From assembly GCF_018977255.1 (NCBI RefSeq), contig NW_024704743.1, forward strand, positions 63,242,001 to 63,306,000: 64,000 nucleotides of DNA, in the 5' to 3' direction. Positions 22,242 through 36,110 of the stretch are shown one piece after another. This DNA is from Callorhinchus milii. Taxonomy: Eukaryota. The notes beneath the pieces were generated by a model, which saw nothing but the letters and a program-made list of their open reading frames with translations, was not told the origin of the DNA and ran no database searches. The translations under genes and the position numbers were made by a program. Positions within the stretch are counted from its first letter, which is position 1, and each line of letters opens with the position of its first letter.

Positions 22242-25200
22242 CTGTTGCATTGATTAAAAGTAAAAAGCATAGTTAATCATTAAATATGCCACCACCATCA
22301 TTTTTACCCTGGTATTAAAATTCTCACATCAACAGAATTCCTTAGGAATGCCAGCCTTGACTATATCAGGTTAACATTTCTTTCAGCATTTGGAGATATT
22401 TGCCGAGCCCTGCTGCAAATTCAGAGCAGATGTTTAAAACTGTTCTCATATAAAACCCAAACAGAGTGGTAAAACAACCGATACCCTTAGTTTCTGATTA
22501 AATGGGTTTTGTTTTCTCAAAGAAAGATATAATTCTTTGTTCCGGCTGTTTTGCATTGCAAAGTTATTATTTTTGCCTATGGGACCTCATTTTATTTATG
22601 TTTAGGGGAAGGAACAAGTGGGAAGAAGGTAATGGATGCCATTTATCACTTACTATCTGAGATCATATTTGAAATGCTGCAGTTGTTGCCGTCTCAATCC
22701 AGCTCACAGCATCATTTGTGCAAGCTTAATGCGAGCTGGGGAGTGGAAGATACAAGTTTCAATAATGCTTTCCTGAGGTTGAGGGTCAACTTGAGATCCA
22801 TGTTATGCTTAATATAGGAGTACTTCACACTATAATGAATTACCTTGTTCTAATGCATCATAGAAACAAGGTCTTTCGCAGCCTTAACTTCACTGATCTG
22901 GTTTGGTTTGGGATATCGATTGAGAAAATGAACCCATGCTGTGATAGCTGCAGTTACTTCAAATTTAAATGGTACAGTGGGTAATCTGCATGGTGTCTTT
23001 TCAAATTCCTCAAGAGGTTTATATGGTGCATTTAGCCATCAAACCATTAGGGGAGTTCTATGTCATTTTCGGATATGTATCAGGCATAGTTGCTGATGGT
23101 CTGACACAACATTAGCTCATCCTATAATAAATATTTTTCATTGTATTCATTTTTAATATACTATTTTGTTTTGGTCCTCATTTTTTCCCAGTGTTCTGGC
23201 CAACAATCCTGCAGATTAATTCATTATTCACCTCATGGCTGTTTATGGAACTTTGCAAGTGCAAATGGTTGCCACATTTTCCTCCAAAATAGTTACTACA
23301 CTTGACAGTATTTACTTGTGAAGTACATTGACAGTATTTATAAAAAAAGTTTTAAAGAGGCACATGATTCAATGACATCATTTTCTGCATCCCTTTTTAA
23401 AACACCCTGTTCTGGATCCATCACCAATCTGTTCTGACACCAGCCTTTAGAATTTGCTTCCGTTTCTCTGGGAAAGTGGATTAGGACTAGGCATGGTACA
23501 TAACTATGGGATTCACCATTTGAGAAATTGCTGGGTAAAATGCAGGCTGATTAAAATAGACTATTTGTGTAGAAAAAAAACTTGGATAACAGGTGATGAA
23601 GCCTTTTCAAGTTAGAACCACATTGCTTTTTATAGATGGGTGAACAGAATATAAAGATATTCCCTGAGGGAATGACACTTGTGAAGTGGATTTGAAATAT
23701 GATAAAGATTTTTACAAGTTAGTTTTCACACATAATGAGCTAACGATCTCCACTGCATTGTACTACTAATGAGGATTGTTAGAACATGAAATGCCTTACC
23801 ACAAATAGACGATGAAGCAACAAATAAATGGCTGTTGAAGCCGAGAACAACATTGGCTCAACAGGAATTGGCTCGAGTGGGAGAGGGAGCAAGAACACAG
23901 ATAACGGGCCATATGGCTTGCTTCTGTGTGGTTAACTTTCTATGAATTTGCAAAATTGTTAAAACTGAGCGTATGCAACCAATTTTTAAAGATATCTTTC
24001 TTTATTAAATAATGGCTGGCTACCTTTGTAATCTTCTTAAACATAAATGTTGGCCAAAACAGATCAGGACATCTGTTTTATGAACAATTTAGTTATTTTA
24101 AACAGATTACAGAGTTTACATAAACCCACACAAATAGATGTCTAAAAAAAAATTTCCATCAGTTAGAAATATAATTTGTGTTTCCAACATTTCTTTTGTT
24201 GAAATATTCCCACAGTGTTGAATTGGTAACGCTTGCCTGACAAGGGACGGTGCAAGTTCTTGTGCTGCATATTCAGGACTCTATAGTAAAGTCTGTGAAT
24301 CTGTGTTAAATTTGAACATCTGAGTTACCAGGCCTGTTCAGCCCGGGTCTCCAGGTATGTCAACACCTTCAAGTGCAGCACCCAATACAAAAAAGCAGAA
24401 CACTCACACCATCAGTCAGAATGTCAAAAAATAGGTAAAATCAAATTGTGAATTCAATCTATTTTTACTAAGAAAACATGTTGACCGCCACCCCCCAAAA
24501 CTACAAGGAAGAAGTTCACATGGAAAAGTTCCACTTGCATGTCAATAATAACAATCCTTGCAATTGATATAATGCCTTATCACATTATCTAGATGTCTCA
24601 AAGCTCTTCACGGGGTATTCTGTAAAGTGGAATGACTGTGCATTTTGTGGGTGAAACGTAGAAGCCGTTTTGCTCAACAACATTTCCCCACAAATAGCCA
24701 TGGAGTGATTTGGGGGAGTTTTGGGCCAGGACACTGGAGTAACTCCCTTATTGTTGAATACAGTTGAATATATCACTGACTGTCCATTAGTTTGCTACTG
24801 ATGAAAGATCATAAAACCAAACAATCTTCTACAAGTTGTACTCTACGTTAAGCCATAATAGAATTTTTTTTACAGCACACGAAAATCTTTTTTCTAAAAT
24901 AAAACATATGACACAAGATTTCCAAAATTACTCAGAGGCAATATGTAATATAGCACCACGCCAAACAGACAAAAATCACAGATGCAGATCCCCGTCTGTT
25001 GAGCTGGCTGATTTCAGTCAACACAGCCGCTGAAGTATTACAATTTGCCCTAGGATGGGGGAATCGGGCGACAATTTAGTCCTGATTTTAACTTCTGAAT
25101 TGAGTGTGAAAATACAGTGACAGCAGGATAGAGCACGTAGAAATGTATTAAGAGCTATAAAAGAGGACAGTGTCATTTGATCTACGGAACTAATGGGGAA

Positions 25201-25679
25201 CAATAGGAGGAAGATCATAATGATAGATGAGCTAAAGTTCCACCAGAGCATCTCCAGTAATCAGCTGCACACAAAAAGCATCTGACAAAGGAGAATAATA
25301 ATATTGCAACAGGCTTTAAACATACTTGTTGATTGTAAGTACAAATGTATTTCTCTAAGACAAGAGATACTCAAACATTACTTTTCATAATGACTTTCCT
25401 GAGCAGTTCAGATCTAAAAGGATCAAAGCAAAGTTCATCTTAAATCGGCAAATGAAATCTTGTTTCAATCATTCAAAAAGCATCACTTCTCCTACAATGC
25501 CCCACTCTTGCCAATTGCAACCTAGATTATAAATCCCTTGAAATGCTGGAGTCAAATTTGATGTTTAAGAAAAGAGAAGATATATGAAAAGAGAAAAGTC
25601 AGGAAAATAGAATTAAAAGATTTGCTACGAGTTAATAAACTGATTGAACCAGTAGGCTGAATGGCTAGCACCTGAATCT

Positions 25680-26030
25680 AAGACATTTCAGAGGGGATCT
25701 TATAGAGGTGTCAAAAATTTTAAATGGGATTGAAAAAGTAAATGTATAAAAATACTTCAGGATGTCCCAAAACCATAGAAGACAATAAGGTTTACAGTTG
25801 CAAAGGGCAATTTCAGGACAGGCACCACAAAGTTTTTTCTATACAGAGGATAAATAACAACTGGAACAGGTTACCAAGACAGGTAACTTGTGGGTGGATG
25901 AGGCATGGCACTGGACTCATTTAAAAACAGCTTGATGCTGTGATGGGAGGAAAGTAGGGTGGGTAGTATGGAAGGGAAGTCAAATGGGCTCCAAGGGCCT
26001 TTATCCAAACCAATCTTGCGATTTTGTGAT
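25680..26030 (+). mobile_element. Old CR1 3' fragment
   Basis: RGDLIEVSKILNG-like coding sequence, the RIINNWNRLP peptide, and a degenerate CR1 tail. Confidence 0.7.
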
Positions 26031-26848
26031 CATTTGTGCCAAGTTAGTCAACAATGAAGAGACTGAAATTAGCCTCATTGACCCTGGGCTAGAAAGTAAA
26101 TAGAAAGTAACACAAAACAAATCATCCTGATCATTTTTCAGTACAACAACTTGCATTTATATAGTGCCATTCACGCAGGGTAGCGTCCCAGAGCGCTTAA
26201 CACCTGCTGGAAGCTTTAGAGTGAATGCACGGTAAGAAAATACTGCAGCTCATGCGATGTTCAATTCCAATTCACAAAGCTCTGTGCAAGTTCCCAACAC
26301 AAATGATTTGGAGCTGGTAAGTATGTATCAGGTTTCCAGCTCCAAATCTACTCCTGGGAGTGAGGTCAAACCACCAAACATATAAAAGGCGCAGTGATAA
26401 CAGTTTTACAGCTCTTAATTGTAGTTGGTGAGGCAATTATTAGTTCTTTTAAAAAAAACTTTTTGGACTACTTTTTTAAGTTTGTTCCATGATTCAGCAC
26501 TATAGAGAATAGTAATCTTTTGCCCTTTCTCTGAAATCAACACAAGCAGAAATGCCTTGCCATACACATTTCTGCAGGTACACTTTTTAACGTAACTTTG
26601 TGCACACACCATTGAAACAATTGAAGCAATAGCAGAGAAGGAAACGGGATCAGTCACTTCACTCAGCTCCAAATCTGAGCTGCTTTAGCTAGAGTATGCC
26701 TAGTAGAGATTGGATCTCCCAATGGATTATAAACACAAGCAGAAACTGGTTGGGTTGAGTGGCCTGTTTTCGTGCTGTACATTCTTTGTAAATCTTTTCG
26801 CACATTGTTCACAAACAGTAAAGAGATCTGTGCTTACTTTGCAATGAA

Positions 26849-27530
26849 ACAACAAACTTACATTTATAGAGCGCCTTTCATGTCGGGAGGACGTCCCAAA
26901 GCACTGAACAGTCAGGGGTCGGGACCCGCGCATTGGGGGAGGGGTGGTGTAGGGGTGAAGGAAAGCAGAGAGGTGGGTGGTTGAAGAGAAGGGTCTTGAG
27001 ACCGGCCTTGAAGGAGGCAATGGAGGAAGTGAGGCGAAGGGACCAGGGAATGGAGTTCCAGAGTGTGGGGCCAGAGAGGCTGAAAGCTCGGCCACCGATG
27101 GTAGGGCAGGAGACATGGAGCAGACCGGAGCCCGCTGAATGGAGGGAGCGGGCAGGTTGGTAGGGAGTCAGCAGGTCAGAAAGATAGGAGGGAGCAAGGC
27201 CATGGATGGCCTTAAAGGTGAGGACGAGGATCTTGAACTCGATCCTCTGAAGGATGGGGAGCCAGTGAAGTCGGGCGAGGGTGGGACTGATGGGGTCACG
27301 GAGCCTGGTGCGTGAGAGTACACAAGCTGCAGTTTTGGATGATCTGCAGCTTGTGAAGGGAAGAGTTGGGAAGGCCGATGAGGAGGGAGTTTCCATAATT
27401 GAGCCTTGATGTGACAAATGCGTGGGTGAGGGTTTCAGCAGCCTGATGGTTGAGACAGTGGCGGAGTCTGACAATGTTGCGGAGCAATGGCAATGTTGCG
27501 GAGTCTGGCAATGAAAGTCCATTTTGACCA
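26849..27530 (-). mobile_element. 5'-truncated L2 LINE
   Basis: LHWLPILQRIEFKILVLTFKAIHG and GGRAFS..PTLWNSIP peptides, plus the L2 tail. Confidence 0.92.
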
Positions 27531-28489
27531 ATGTGTATTAACCCATGTTACAGGCACTCCCACAAGACCCGAGGAAAGGACTGCATTCAAAGAACAAAGT
27601 CAACTACAAAGGTAATGTTCATCATTAATTGCTGGGGAATAATCCAATAATAATGGGAGGAGTTGCTTGTGGAAGATTAGAGGCAGCATTCACCAGAACA
27701 AATCTACCAAAGGTTGCATCATCTATGCCAATCAGATCCAAGCAGTAGTGGTGTTGCAGATTACTTAATATAGGGGTTTGGCAATACTATCCTAAGGACA
27801 CCCATGGGATCAATAGAATAAACTTTTAGTGAAGCCACTGCTTTCTTCTGCTAGATAGAAGCATACGTATTTATTCAATGTGGACACCAATTTATCTACA
27901 ACCTTGGGAATCAAAAGTGACAACCAATTGCTCAGTTTGTCAGCAAAGATTTAGTTTGGTCTGTCAAGGAGACTAAAGTACTACAAACAATTGTATACAG
28001 TGGAAATAAAAATCCTGGTCAGATTTAAAATAAAAAGATGGGATTACAATTGGATACATTTCAGAAACTGAAAATGTGAAATCTGAACAGAAACGCTAAT
28101 AATCCACAACACATCAATCAGCACCTGAAAAGGAAACTCATATTAACTCAGTTTTCCCTCTCAGATGTGCACTCATCTGTTGCATATTCCAAGTGTTTGT
28201 TTTTAGATGGATGGTAATTTCTTGTTCTTTACTATCTTTGGCAGGAAACTGGGGTCTCAGTCAGAATCACAAATCAGGCTGACCATTGCATGAATCTCTA
28301 TCTTGTGGAGCTAAAACCAAAGCAACTATACAGTCTTCTATAATAATAATAATCCTTTCATTTGATATAGGGCTTTTCACATCTTCTAGATGTCTCAAAG
28401 CGCTTCACAGAATATGCTGTAAAGTGAATTCACGGTATATTTGTTCAATTACAAGTACTTCAATTCAAAGGGAAGGTTGGAAAGTGCGT

Positions 28490-29370
28490 GCAATAAGATC
28501 TCCCCTAATTCTTCTGTACTCTAGTGAATATAGTCCTAGTTTATTCAGCCCATCCTCATAGGTCAGTCCCCTCATCCCAGGAACTAACCTAGTGAATCTA
28601 CGCTGAACCCCCTCTAGGGCAAGTATGTCCTTTTTTAAATAAGGAGACCAAAACTGCAAACAATACTCTAGGTGCGGTCTCACCAAGGCCCTATACAGTT
28701 GCAGCAAGACTTCCCTACTCTTGTACTCTAACCCTCTTGCAATGAACGCTAACATGCCGTTCGCCTTCTTAGTTGCTTGCTGCACCTGCAAACTAACTTT
28801 TTGAGACTGGTGTACAAGGACACCCAAATCCCTCTGCACTCCAACACTATCTAATCTCTCCCCCTCTAGAAAATAATCTGTTTTTCTATTTTGTCTACCT
28901 AGGTGAATAACTTCACACTTCCCCACATTAAATTCCATCTGCCACCTACTCGCCCACTGCCCAGGCCTATCTATATCCCGTTGCAATCTTGCATCATCCT
29001 CAGAGCTTACTCTCCCACCTAGTTTAGTGTCATCCGCAAATTTAGATACGTTACATTCAATGTCCTCATCTAGATCATTGTAAATAGCTGAGGCCCAAGC
29101 ACTGATCCTTGTGGCACATCCTGCCAATTCAAGAATGACCAGTTTATCCCTACTCTGTTTTCTACCCGTTAGCCACTCTTCAATCCATGCTAATATGTTC
29201 CCATTAATCCCATGGGCCTTAACCTTGTGCAATAGCCTTTTGTGTGGCACTTTGTCAAATGCCTTTTTAAAATCTAAATATACTACATCTATTGGCTCCC
29301 TCCTATCTAACCTGCTAGTTACATCTTCAAAAAACTCTAGAAGATTAGTTAAGCATGACTTCCCTTTTGT
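28490..29370 (-). mobile_element. CR1 LINE RT fragment (degenerate)
   Basis: KAFDKVPHKRLL, SKFADDTKL and LVRPHLEYC..FWSP motifs. VPQGSVLG is out of frame. Confidence 0.95.
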
Positions 29371-30051
29371 AAAGATTTATGTGAGATGAAGAGGATATCC
29401 CCTCCTTAATGGCGTTGATCTAGAAAACATCCTCTTTCAGTAATCAGGCAGTTGAAGCTGATTGAACATGAAGAATCTGGCCTGACCAGATTCTGGCCAG
29501 TGAGAATCCATCCTGGGGGCAGTTAGATTGAGCGGCTACCACTTATCAACAGGATAGCCAAATACCACAGTTTGCAAAGTTTTTTGAAATAATCTTTGTC
29601 TGTTCACCTATAAATTTCTGAACTACCTCAGGAGAAATGCACATTGAAATATTGGTATCTCAGGGAAGGAGAGAACCCAGTCTCCATGTCAATTTATCTG
29701 CAGTCCTTGAGCAGAAACCAGGTCATTGCCTAGTGAAGTAAAGAGCTTGGAAAACCCTGGAAATATTTTGTGCACCACCGCAAAGCTCATCTTCAACTCA
29801 CGGGCAGGGGGGAGCAAGAAAGAGGCTTAAATTAATAGCATCAGCTGTCATGTTTTGCACTTAAACTAGATGCTTTGTTAAAGAGGTCACCTTATGGGAT
29901 TCAGGTGTATTGTTCGAACAGAGACTGAGGATGGGTCCCGTTCTGTTTGTTAACCTACGAGACAAGTATCGTATTGTCTGTCCAGCACCAGAATAAAGTC
30001 TCAGGAACTCAGTCACATAGTTCATAAGTCAAGCTGATTGATGATCTGGAC

Positions 30052-30288
30052 CAGAGTGGTCCAACCTTTTGGCTGCTGAGAGCCAATGCTCGATTTGAGA
30101 AATGTCTGTGGGCCACTTAAGCAATATTTTATCCTGATTGTCAGGCAGAGCCTGAGCCCCGATGACCATCTCCTGATTGGCCTGCATGTTTCCTGTATTT
30201 GTTCAGTGGAAAATGAAGTTGGGAATGGTTTGCGGGCCAGATGAAATCACCCCCTGGACCGGATGCGACCACCAGTTGGACCACCCTG
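30052..30288. mobile_element. Non-autonomous hAT (Charlie-like) MITE, 237 bp
   Basis: TIRs CAGAGTGGTCCAAC / GTTGGACCACCCTG (13/14 match). 8-bp flanks ATCTGGAC / ATCTAGAG resemble the NTCTAGAN target. Confidence 0.8.
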
Positions 30289-30706
30289 ATCTAGAGAGTC
30301 ACCTCCATGTTTGACCTGTCCAGAGCACATTTATTCTGGTTACATGCAAAATGAAAAAGTTGTGAAGGGCGTTTGCTCTCCACCGGTCTAACCTGGGATC
30401 CAATCCAAGGCTGGGATCAACTGCAGTGACAGTATGGAAGATGCTATATCCGGAGTAATGCCCAAACGTGTGAAACGCATAGAAATAGTACCAAACAGCA
30501 TTGACAAACAGAAATAATATAGTACAGTAAGACTTGTTTTATATACAGTATCAAGATCAACTTTTTTAGAAATGGATTGCCAATTGGCAATTTAATATGT
30601 GCAATATAATATTCTCTATTATTGTTAAAGTTGACTATGAAATTAATAATTGTAAATAATAATTAAATTTCAATTTAATTTCTAGTATTTATGTAATGGT
30701 ACTTAC

Positions 30707-30887
30707 CAGGAGATATTATATAAAAAAAGTTTTTGAATTCATCCATCCAGACCTCAGCAAGCCGCCTGTTATTCTTATTTATTATCTGCCCGGTGCCTCC
30801 TGGGAAAGTGTATGGTGTGGCCTTCCGAAATACATGACCAACATGTGAGCAGGTCACGATTTCCAAAGACCCGCCACATTGCCAAAT
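30707..30887 (-). CDS. GALNT1: GALNT1 coding exon (181 nt): [60 protein letters not shown]
   Basis: tag acceptor and GTAAGT donor. HVGHVFRK motif. GQIINK is GALNT1-type (GALNT13 has GHVINK). Confidence 0.97.
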
Positions 30888-32240
30888 CTAGACAAGATAT
30901 TAAATAAAACCGTTATTTAGCAATAATATCTGCACTTCTGATTAATTTAAAATTAAGTAACAATAACCAGTCATAAAAAAACATTAATGTTGCACAGTGC
31001 AAAACATGCTGCCTTATCAAATACATTCTCTGGAAAATATACTTGACGTTGTTCCATTGTGCGCACAATATCATAGCAGGTATGGGGCTGGGCCATAGAG
31101 AAGTTCCGATCAGAGTGCGGGTAGAATGGTAATGTTGAGGACCATGGACAGTCATTCAGACCCTTGCTGGAGTCAATCCCGTGTCCAGCACTAAATTCCA
31201 GTGGCCTGGAGGAGCACTCTCCCAATGGAATAATCCAAGCTCATCTCCAAAATGCTTGTGAATCATTCTCGGGATGTGCTGGAACACTTGGTCTGGAAGG
31301 GAGCAAACACCCCTGACTGTGGGCACCCTCTGCACATGGTTTAATTGGTTTTGTGTTTTGGGCCAAAGATCAATTGTTTAGTTCCACAACCCCATTGCTG
31401 CTGACTGATTCTTCTGCAACACCCACTACCCACTTCAATATTCTGCATGTACACAGTACAGATAACAGAATCTGGGTTTACTGCTCAAATGCACAATGTT
31501 GCAACCAATTTAACATAATAATAATCCTTGCATTTTAATACTGGTTCTCTGCAAAAGTATAAATATAAATTAATTGTATTATTTTACACATGAGCACGGA
31601 TAATACCTTAGCACAACAGTGTTTATGGCTAGTCACACAACAGTAAATGTTAGACTTAAGTCAGTTTTGTGACTAATGCTGGAAAAAAATCATCTGGATG
31701 CCAAAGGACCCAGGTGTTTTTTTTTCTTTTCAACTGGACATTGAACAGCATGTGTGTCGTTCTAGGTGTACTTACAAATATTCCCTGCTCAATTCCCTAT
31801 CTGATCTGAGAGTGAAGAGCTGTTTTTATGCCAAAATAGATCTTGGAGGTCTCTCTACATCTAGAGGAAGCAAGCTTTGACATCCATGCAGCTTGTAACA
31901 CATTCCAGCAAATGAACCAACCATACCAAGCTCTTATCCTGAACAACAAGGGGAATTTACACTTGATAAAAGTAATGCGTCACTGGAAAACAGCAAAACA
32001 GACGCAACTTGGATATCTTTTGAATGAAGAGCATGCTTATTAACCTGCTACAGATTACCAGCATTCCTGTTTAGGCAAATTTCATATAATTCATTCACTG
32101 GTATGGGTCCATGATATCCAACACAGATTTTAAATCATAGTCTGGATGCACGGCAGAATTGACTGGAAACAAACCAAGAGAGATATGCTCTGCTGGCTCG
32201 ATATCCAAAATGATGCTGCAGATTCAGGGCAGTTAGCAAC

Positions 32241-32970
32241 AACATCAACAACAAGATTACATTTGTACAGCACCTTTCACATCGGGAGGATGTCCCAAGG
32301 CGCTGGACAGTGTACAGCATTTCAGACCCGAGCTGGGGTTGGTGGTGTAAGGGAGGGGAGGGGAAGCGGGGGTGACCAATGGTATGGTCGAAGAGGAGGG
32401 TCTTGAGGTGGGACTTGAAGGAGGCAAAGGAGGGGGCGAGGCGGAGTGACTGGGAGATGGAGTTCCAGAGGTTGGGGGCAGAGTGGCTGAAGGCTCTACC
32501 GCCAATGGTGGGGCGGGTGGGTCGGGGGACGTGAAGCAGGCTGGAGCCGGCTGAGTGGAGGGAGCGGGCGGGTTGGTAGGGAGTTAGGAGGTCGCAGAGA
32601 TAGGGTAGGGCGAGGTCATGGAGGGCTTTGTAGGTAAGGACCAGGATCTTGAACTGGATCCTCTGAAGGATAGGGAGCCAATGGAGTCGGGCAAGAGTGG
32701 GGGAGATGGGATCACGGAGTTTGGTGCGGGAGAGGACACGGGCTGCAGAGTTCTGGATTATCTGCAGCCTGTGGAGGGAGGAGTTGGGAAGGCCGACAAG
32801 CAGGGCGTTTGCATAGTCGAGCCTGGAGGTGATGTAGGCATGAACAAGAGTTTTAGCGGCCTGAGGGGAGAGGTAGTGGCGGAGTCAGGCGATGTTGCGG
32901 AGGTGAGGGAAGGCAGAGCGGGTCATGGCTTGAATGTGGGGAAGAAAAGACAGTTGAGGGTCGAACAAGA
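32241..32970 (-). mobile_element. 5'-truncated young L2 LINE
   Basis: Highly similar, in reverse orientation, to 16205-16912 and 53170-53860. (CAA)n tail on the plus strand. Confidence 0.93.
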
Positions 32971-34013
32971 TAGCTAGGTTAAGTAATGAACCACCATTAA
33001 ACACTTCACAGCTAAACAGATAATAAGAAAGACTGTGTAATGTTGAACAGAAATAAAATCTGATGAAATAATCGCTTGGAATTTTTTCTGTCATGGGAAT
33101 CAAATGTTGGAGAGAAAAAGCATGAAAATAAGACCCAGAATCAGGTCTTATATTGTATATGTAATGGAGAGCAGGAATGTGATGATGTAAATTCCTGATG
33201 TTTTTCATGATTTGTTTTCTCCTGTAAAATACAACTTTCTATTGATAATGTGAGGGAAAGGGTGTCCAAGGAAGCTTTATATTTAATATTCAGAGCATGT
33301 TATACCCCATTCAGCCTCTTGATGTGTGTAGATATAAAAGCAGTGAAAGTAAAATAGATTAGATAGATAGTTCACTTACAGATTAGTAATTATACTTCTT
33401 CCTTTTGACTATAGTTAAGATTGGTGGAAATCACTAAATATCAATATTCATTGTTTTTTGCAATATTTGCAATAAATTTTCATTGTTAAAAACAATTTAT
33501 TGATTTAATACAAAAGTGGCTGTCCTCAAGTCGTCAGTCATAAACAGCACTTCCTGCGCATTGTGCGTATGCACTATACAAGAAGTGTCGTAGATGGCAA
33601 CTAATTGAGTCAGAAGTTGGCCATTTTGTGCTAGCAGGTAGAAAGACAGTAGAATGGATGGCTGTGGGCATGTGCATTAAATTAGGTCCATAATCCTTTT
33701 GCATAATAAATGAACCTGTGCTGTTATGAAGTGTTACTCTGTACTCTATTATGTTGTACTAGGTAACCTTACAGTACTACGCTTTACAAATTAACATAAG
33801 GAGCTGCTACAATCTAATAAAATATTGGGGCAGAATAAAAACCTACTCCATTCTAAAGTACTCAATTAACAAAGATTCCAAAACAAATAATGAAAGAAAG
33901 TCAAATTAATCTTGCAGGCTTCCAATATTGAGAAAAAATCCTGTGAAATGCCAATATAAATGTTATATCTATTGCATTGAATAAGGTGGGCGAAAGAAAG
34001 ATTCAATACTTAC

Positions 34014-34131
34014 TCGGAATGATATTTCTAGGTTTTCTCCTCCCCAGATATCCATGCCTGCATCATATGTTCCTATCAACTCAAAGTAATCTCTGTCTAT
34101 TGAGAACAATCCTCCTGCCATCGTGGGAGTC
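34014..34131 (-). CDS. GALNT1: GALNT1 coding exon (118 nt): [39 protein letters not shown]
   Basis: Translated by hand (not in the ORF track). cag acceptor and GTAAGT donor. Gal/GalNAc-T motif WGGENLE. Confidence 0.97.
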
Positions 34132-34856
34132 CTGATTTAAAGATAAGACACGTTTTAAAAACACAGATAAAGTACATTCAAATAAAGACAACAATATTCA
34201 CCAAAATTACTCAGCTCCTTTTCTATATTTAACATTAAAATAACGAGCTTGTCGAATTTAATGAAGCGTTGACTTGCTTTGGCCCATCCAGTGGCACACC
34301 AACAATTATGAGGAAAGAAAAAACGATTATTCGATATAACCCTTTTCACTTGAATTGAAGGGAAAAGAGAAGGGAGTTTCTCCCAGTGTACTGGCCAAGA
34401 ATCCCCCAAATAAAATTGTTCATTCACTTCATGGCTATTTGTGGGATATTGTGGCTCGCAAATGTGTTACTTGGTTCGCCGACAAGTACACAGTCACTCC
34501 ACTTCACAATAAATTCCTGTGAAGTACTTTGAGACGTCCTCCCGACATGAACCAAGGGTTACTATTATTGAAATTTTATTTTACAAAATATGGCCTCAAT
34601 TATCTTTACATGCAAGATTACTGGTTGTCTGACTGGTACATATGATAATTTGCCATCATTTATTCATTTCAGCTGAATCCCTATACGCACAGGAAATAGT
34701 TAAATTTATAAAATTATCGCATTTCAGATTATAAAAGGGAAATCAAAACATAATATTTTAAAATATCGTTTTTGATGCATTGTAAAGTAATCTGGCATTA
34801 TTTCACAAGAATCCCAAAGCTCCATGGTATTGTGTTACAGTTTGCCAGCCACTTAC

Positions 34857-35027
34857 CTAACAGGAATAGTCCTGTCTCCTTTCCTTCTGTCCATCTCTCT
34901 CTGAGGTACAGGATACCAGCGGAAGTTCAACTTCCAATTAAATCCTCCATAGGTCATATCTGATCCCGCCATGTACTCAAAAGTATCATCACTAATCACA
35001 TCAATTATTGGACAGACCACTGTACTC
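34857..35027 (-). CDS. GALNT1: GALNT1 coding exon (171 nt): [57 protein letters not shown]
   Basis: cag acceptor and GTAAGT donor. Near-identical to the GALNT1/13 segment. Confidence 0.97.
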
Positions 35028-35864
35028 CTGATAGGGTAACAACAAACAGCTATAGTGAACACTCAATCACAAACAATACTTTCCACACAAGTGATTTGAG
35101 TTACAACTTCACACAAAAGGTCAAGCTATGCTGCCATGGAGGGAAGGACACGTTTCAAGTACATTTAAGCATCCCGTTACATTAGGCCTGGCAAACACTG
35201 TAGTACTTCTTCCCATTTTGTCAGCATGTTATTATTAATGTACCTTTATCTCTCAAACATCACTATTTTAAGAGAATCAAATTCAGACTGATAGCACACA
35301 CGAGATTAAATACATAAATGATAACCATCGTTCATGAGGAGGTTTGAATGGAGTCAATAGGGAAAAATATTTCCACTGATGAATTGTTGCTCTCTGTACA
35401 CTGATTCAAGATAGTTAGCAAACAGAGTGATAAAGAGAATTTGCCAGCACAGGCACAATGTTATTAGTTAATAGAAATAAATGAACAGCATTGGAATTGA
35501 GAGGTTTTGCCTGAACAGGCCTTTCTGCCATGTTTGAGTTCTGAAGAGCGCTTTCTTTTACCTCACCATGCAAGGAAACGTTTCAGTGTTCAGAGACTGA
35601 TTTATACTGAGATCTCACTGGTCATTTAATCTGCAAATGACAATTTATGCTGTAGTATGTTAGCACAGAACATCCACAGATTTCACTTCCAAGAAATTAG
35701 GTAGTTTCACATGAAAAATGATACTGCAGAACTTTGAAATACATGGAATATGCCTGGTATTAACAGAAGAACAATCTGCTTGAATGCTTTTCTAGTCTCA
35801 GATGTAATGAATAGTGAAATAATAGGGAATGGAGCCATTCATCTGTCAGGTAGCAAAAAGTTTA

Positions 35865-36110
35865 AGGGATTATTGGCCAGTACACCGAGAGAAATCCTCA
35901 TCTCTTTTCGAATAGTTCGATGAGATCTTTAACATCTACCTGAACATGCAGACGAGAGCTTAGTTAAACATTTCATGCCTCTAAAAACACAGCACACCCC
36001 GAGTACTGCATTGGAATTTCAACCTAGAATATAAGTTCAAAGTCCCAATGTGAGACTTGAATGCCACAATCTTCTGACTCAGAGGCAAGAGTGCTACCAA
36101 TTGAGCCAAG
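35865..36110 (-). mobile_element. Old Deu-domain SINE fragment
   Basis: Same core and tRNA head (GAGTGCTACCAATTGAGCCA) as copies at ~3830-4075 and ~37080-37500. Confidence 0.7.

Noticed and set aside
28465..29250. 261-aa ORF, the longest in the window, as an intact or domesticated RT gene
   Set aside because: It is a CR1 fragment. The VPQGSVLG motif is out of frame between compensating frameshifts, and it is truncated at both ends.
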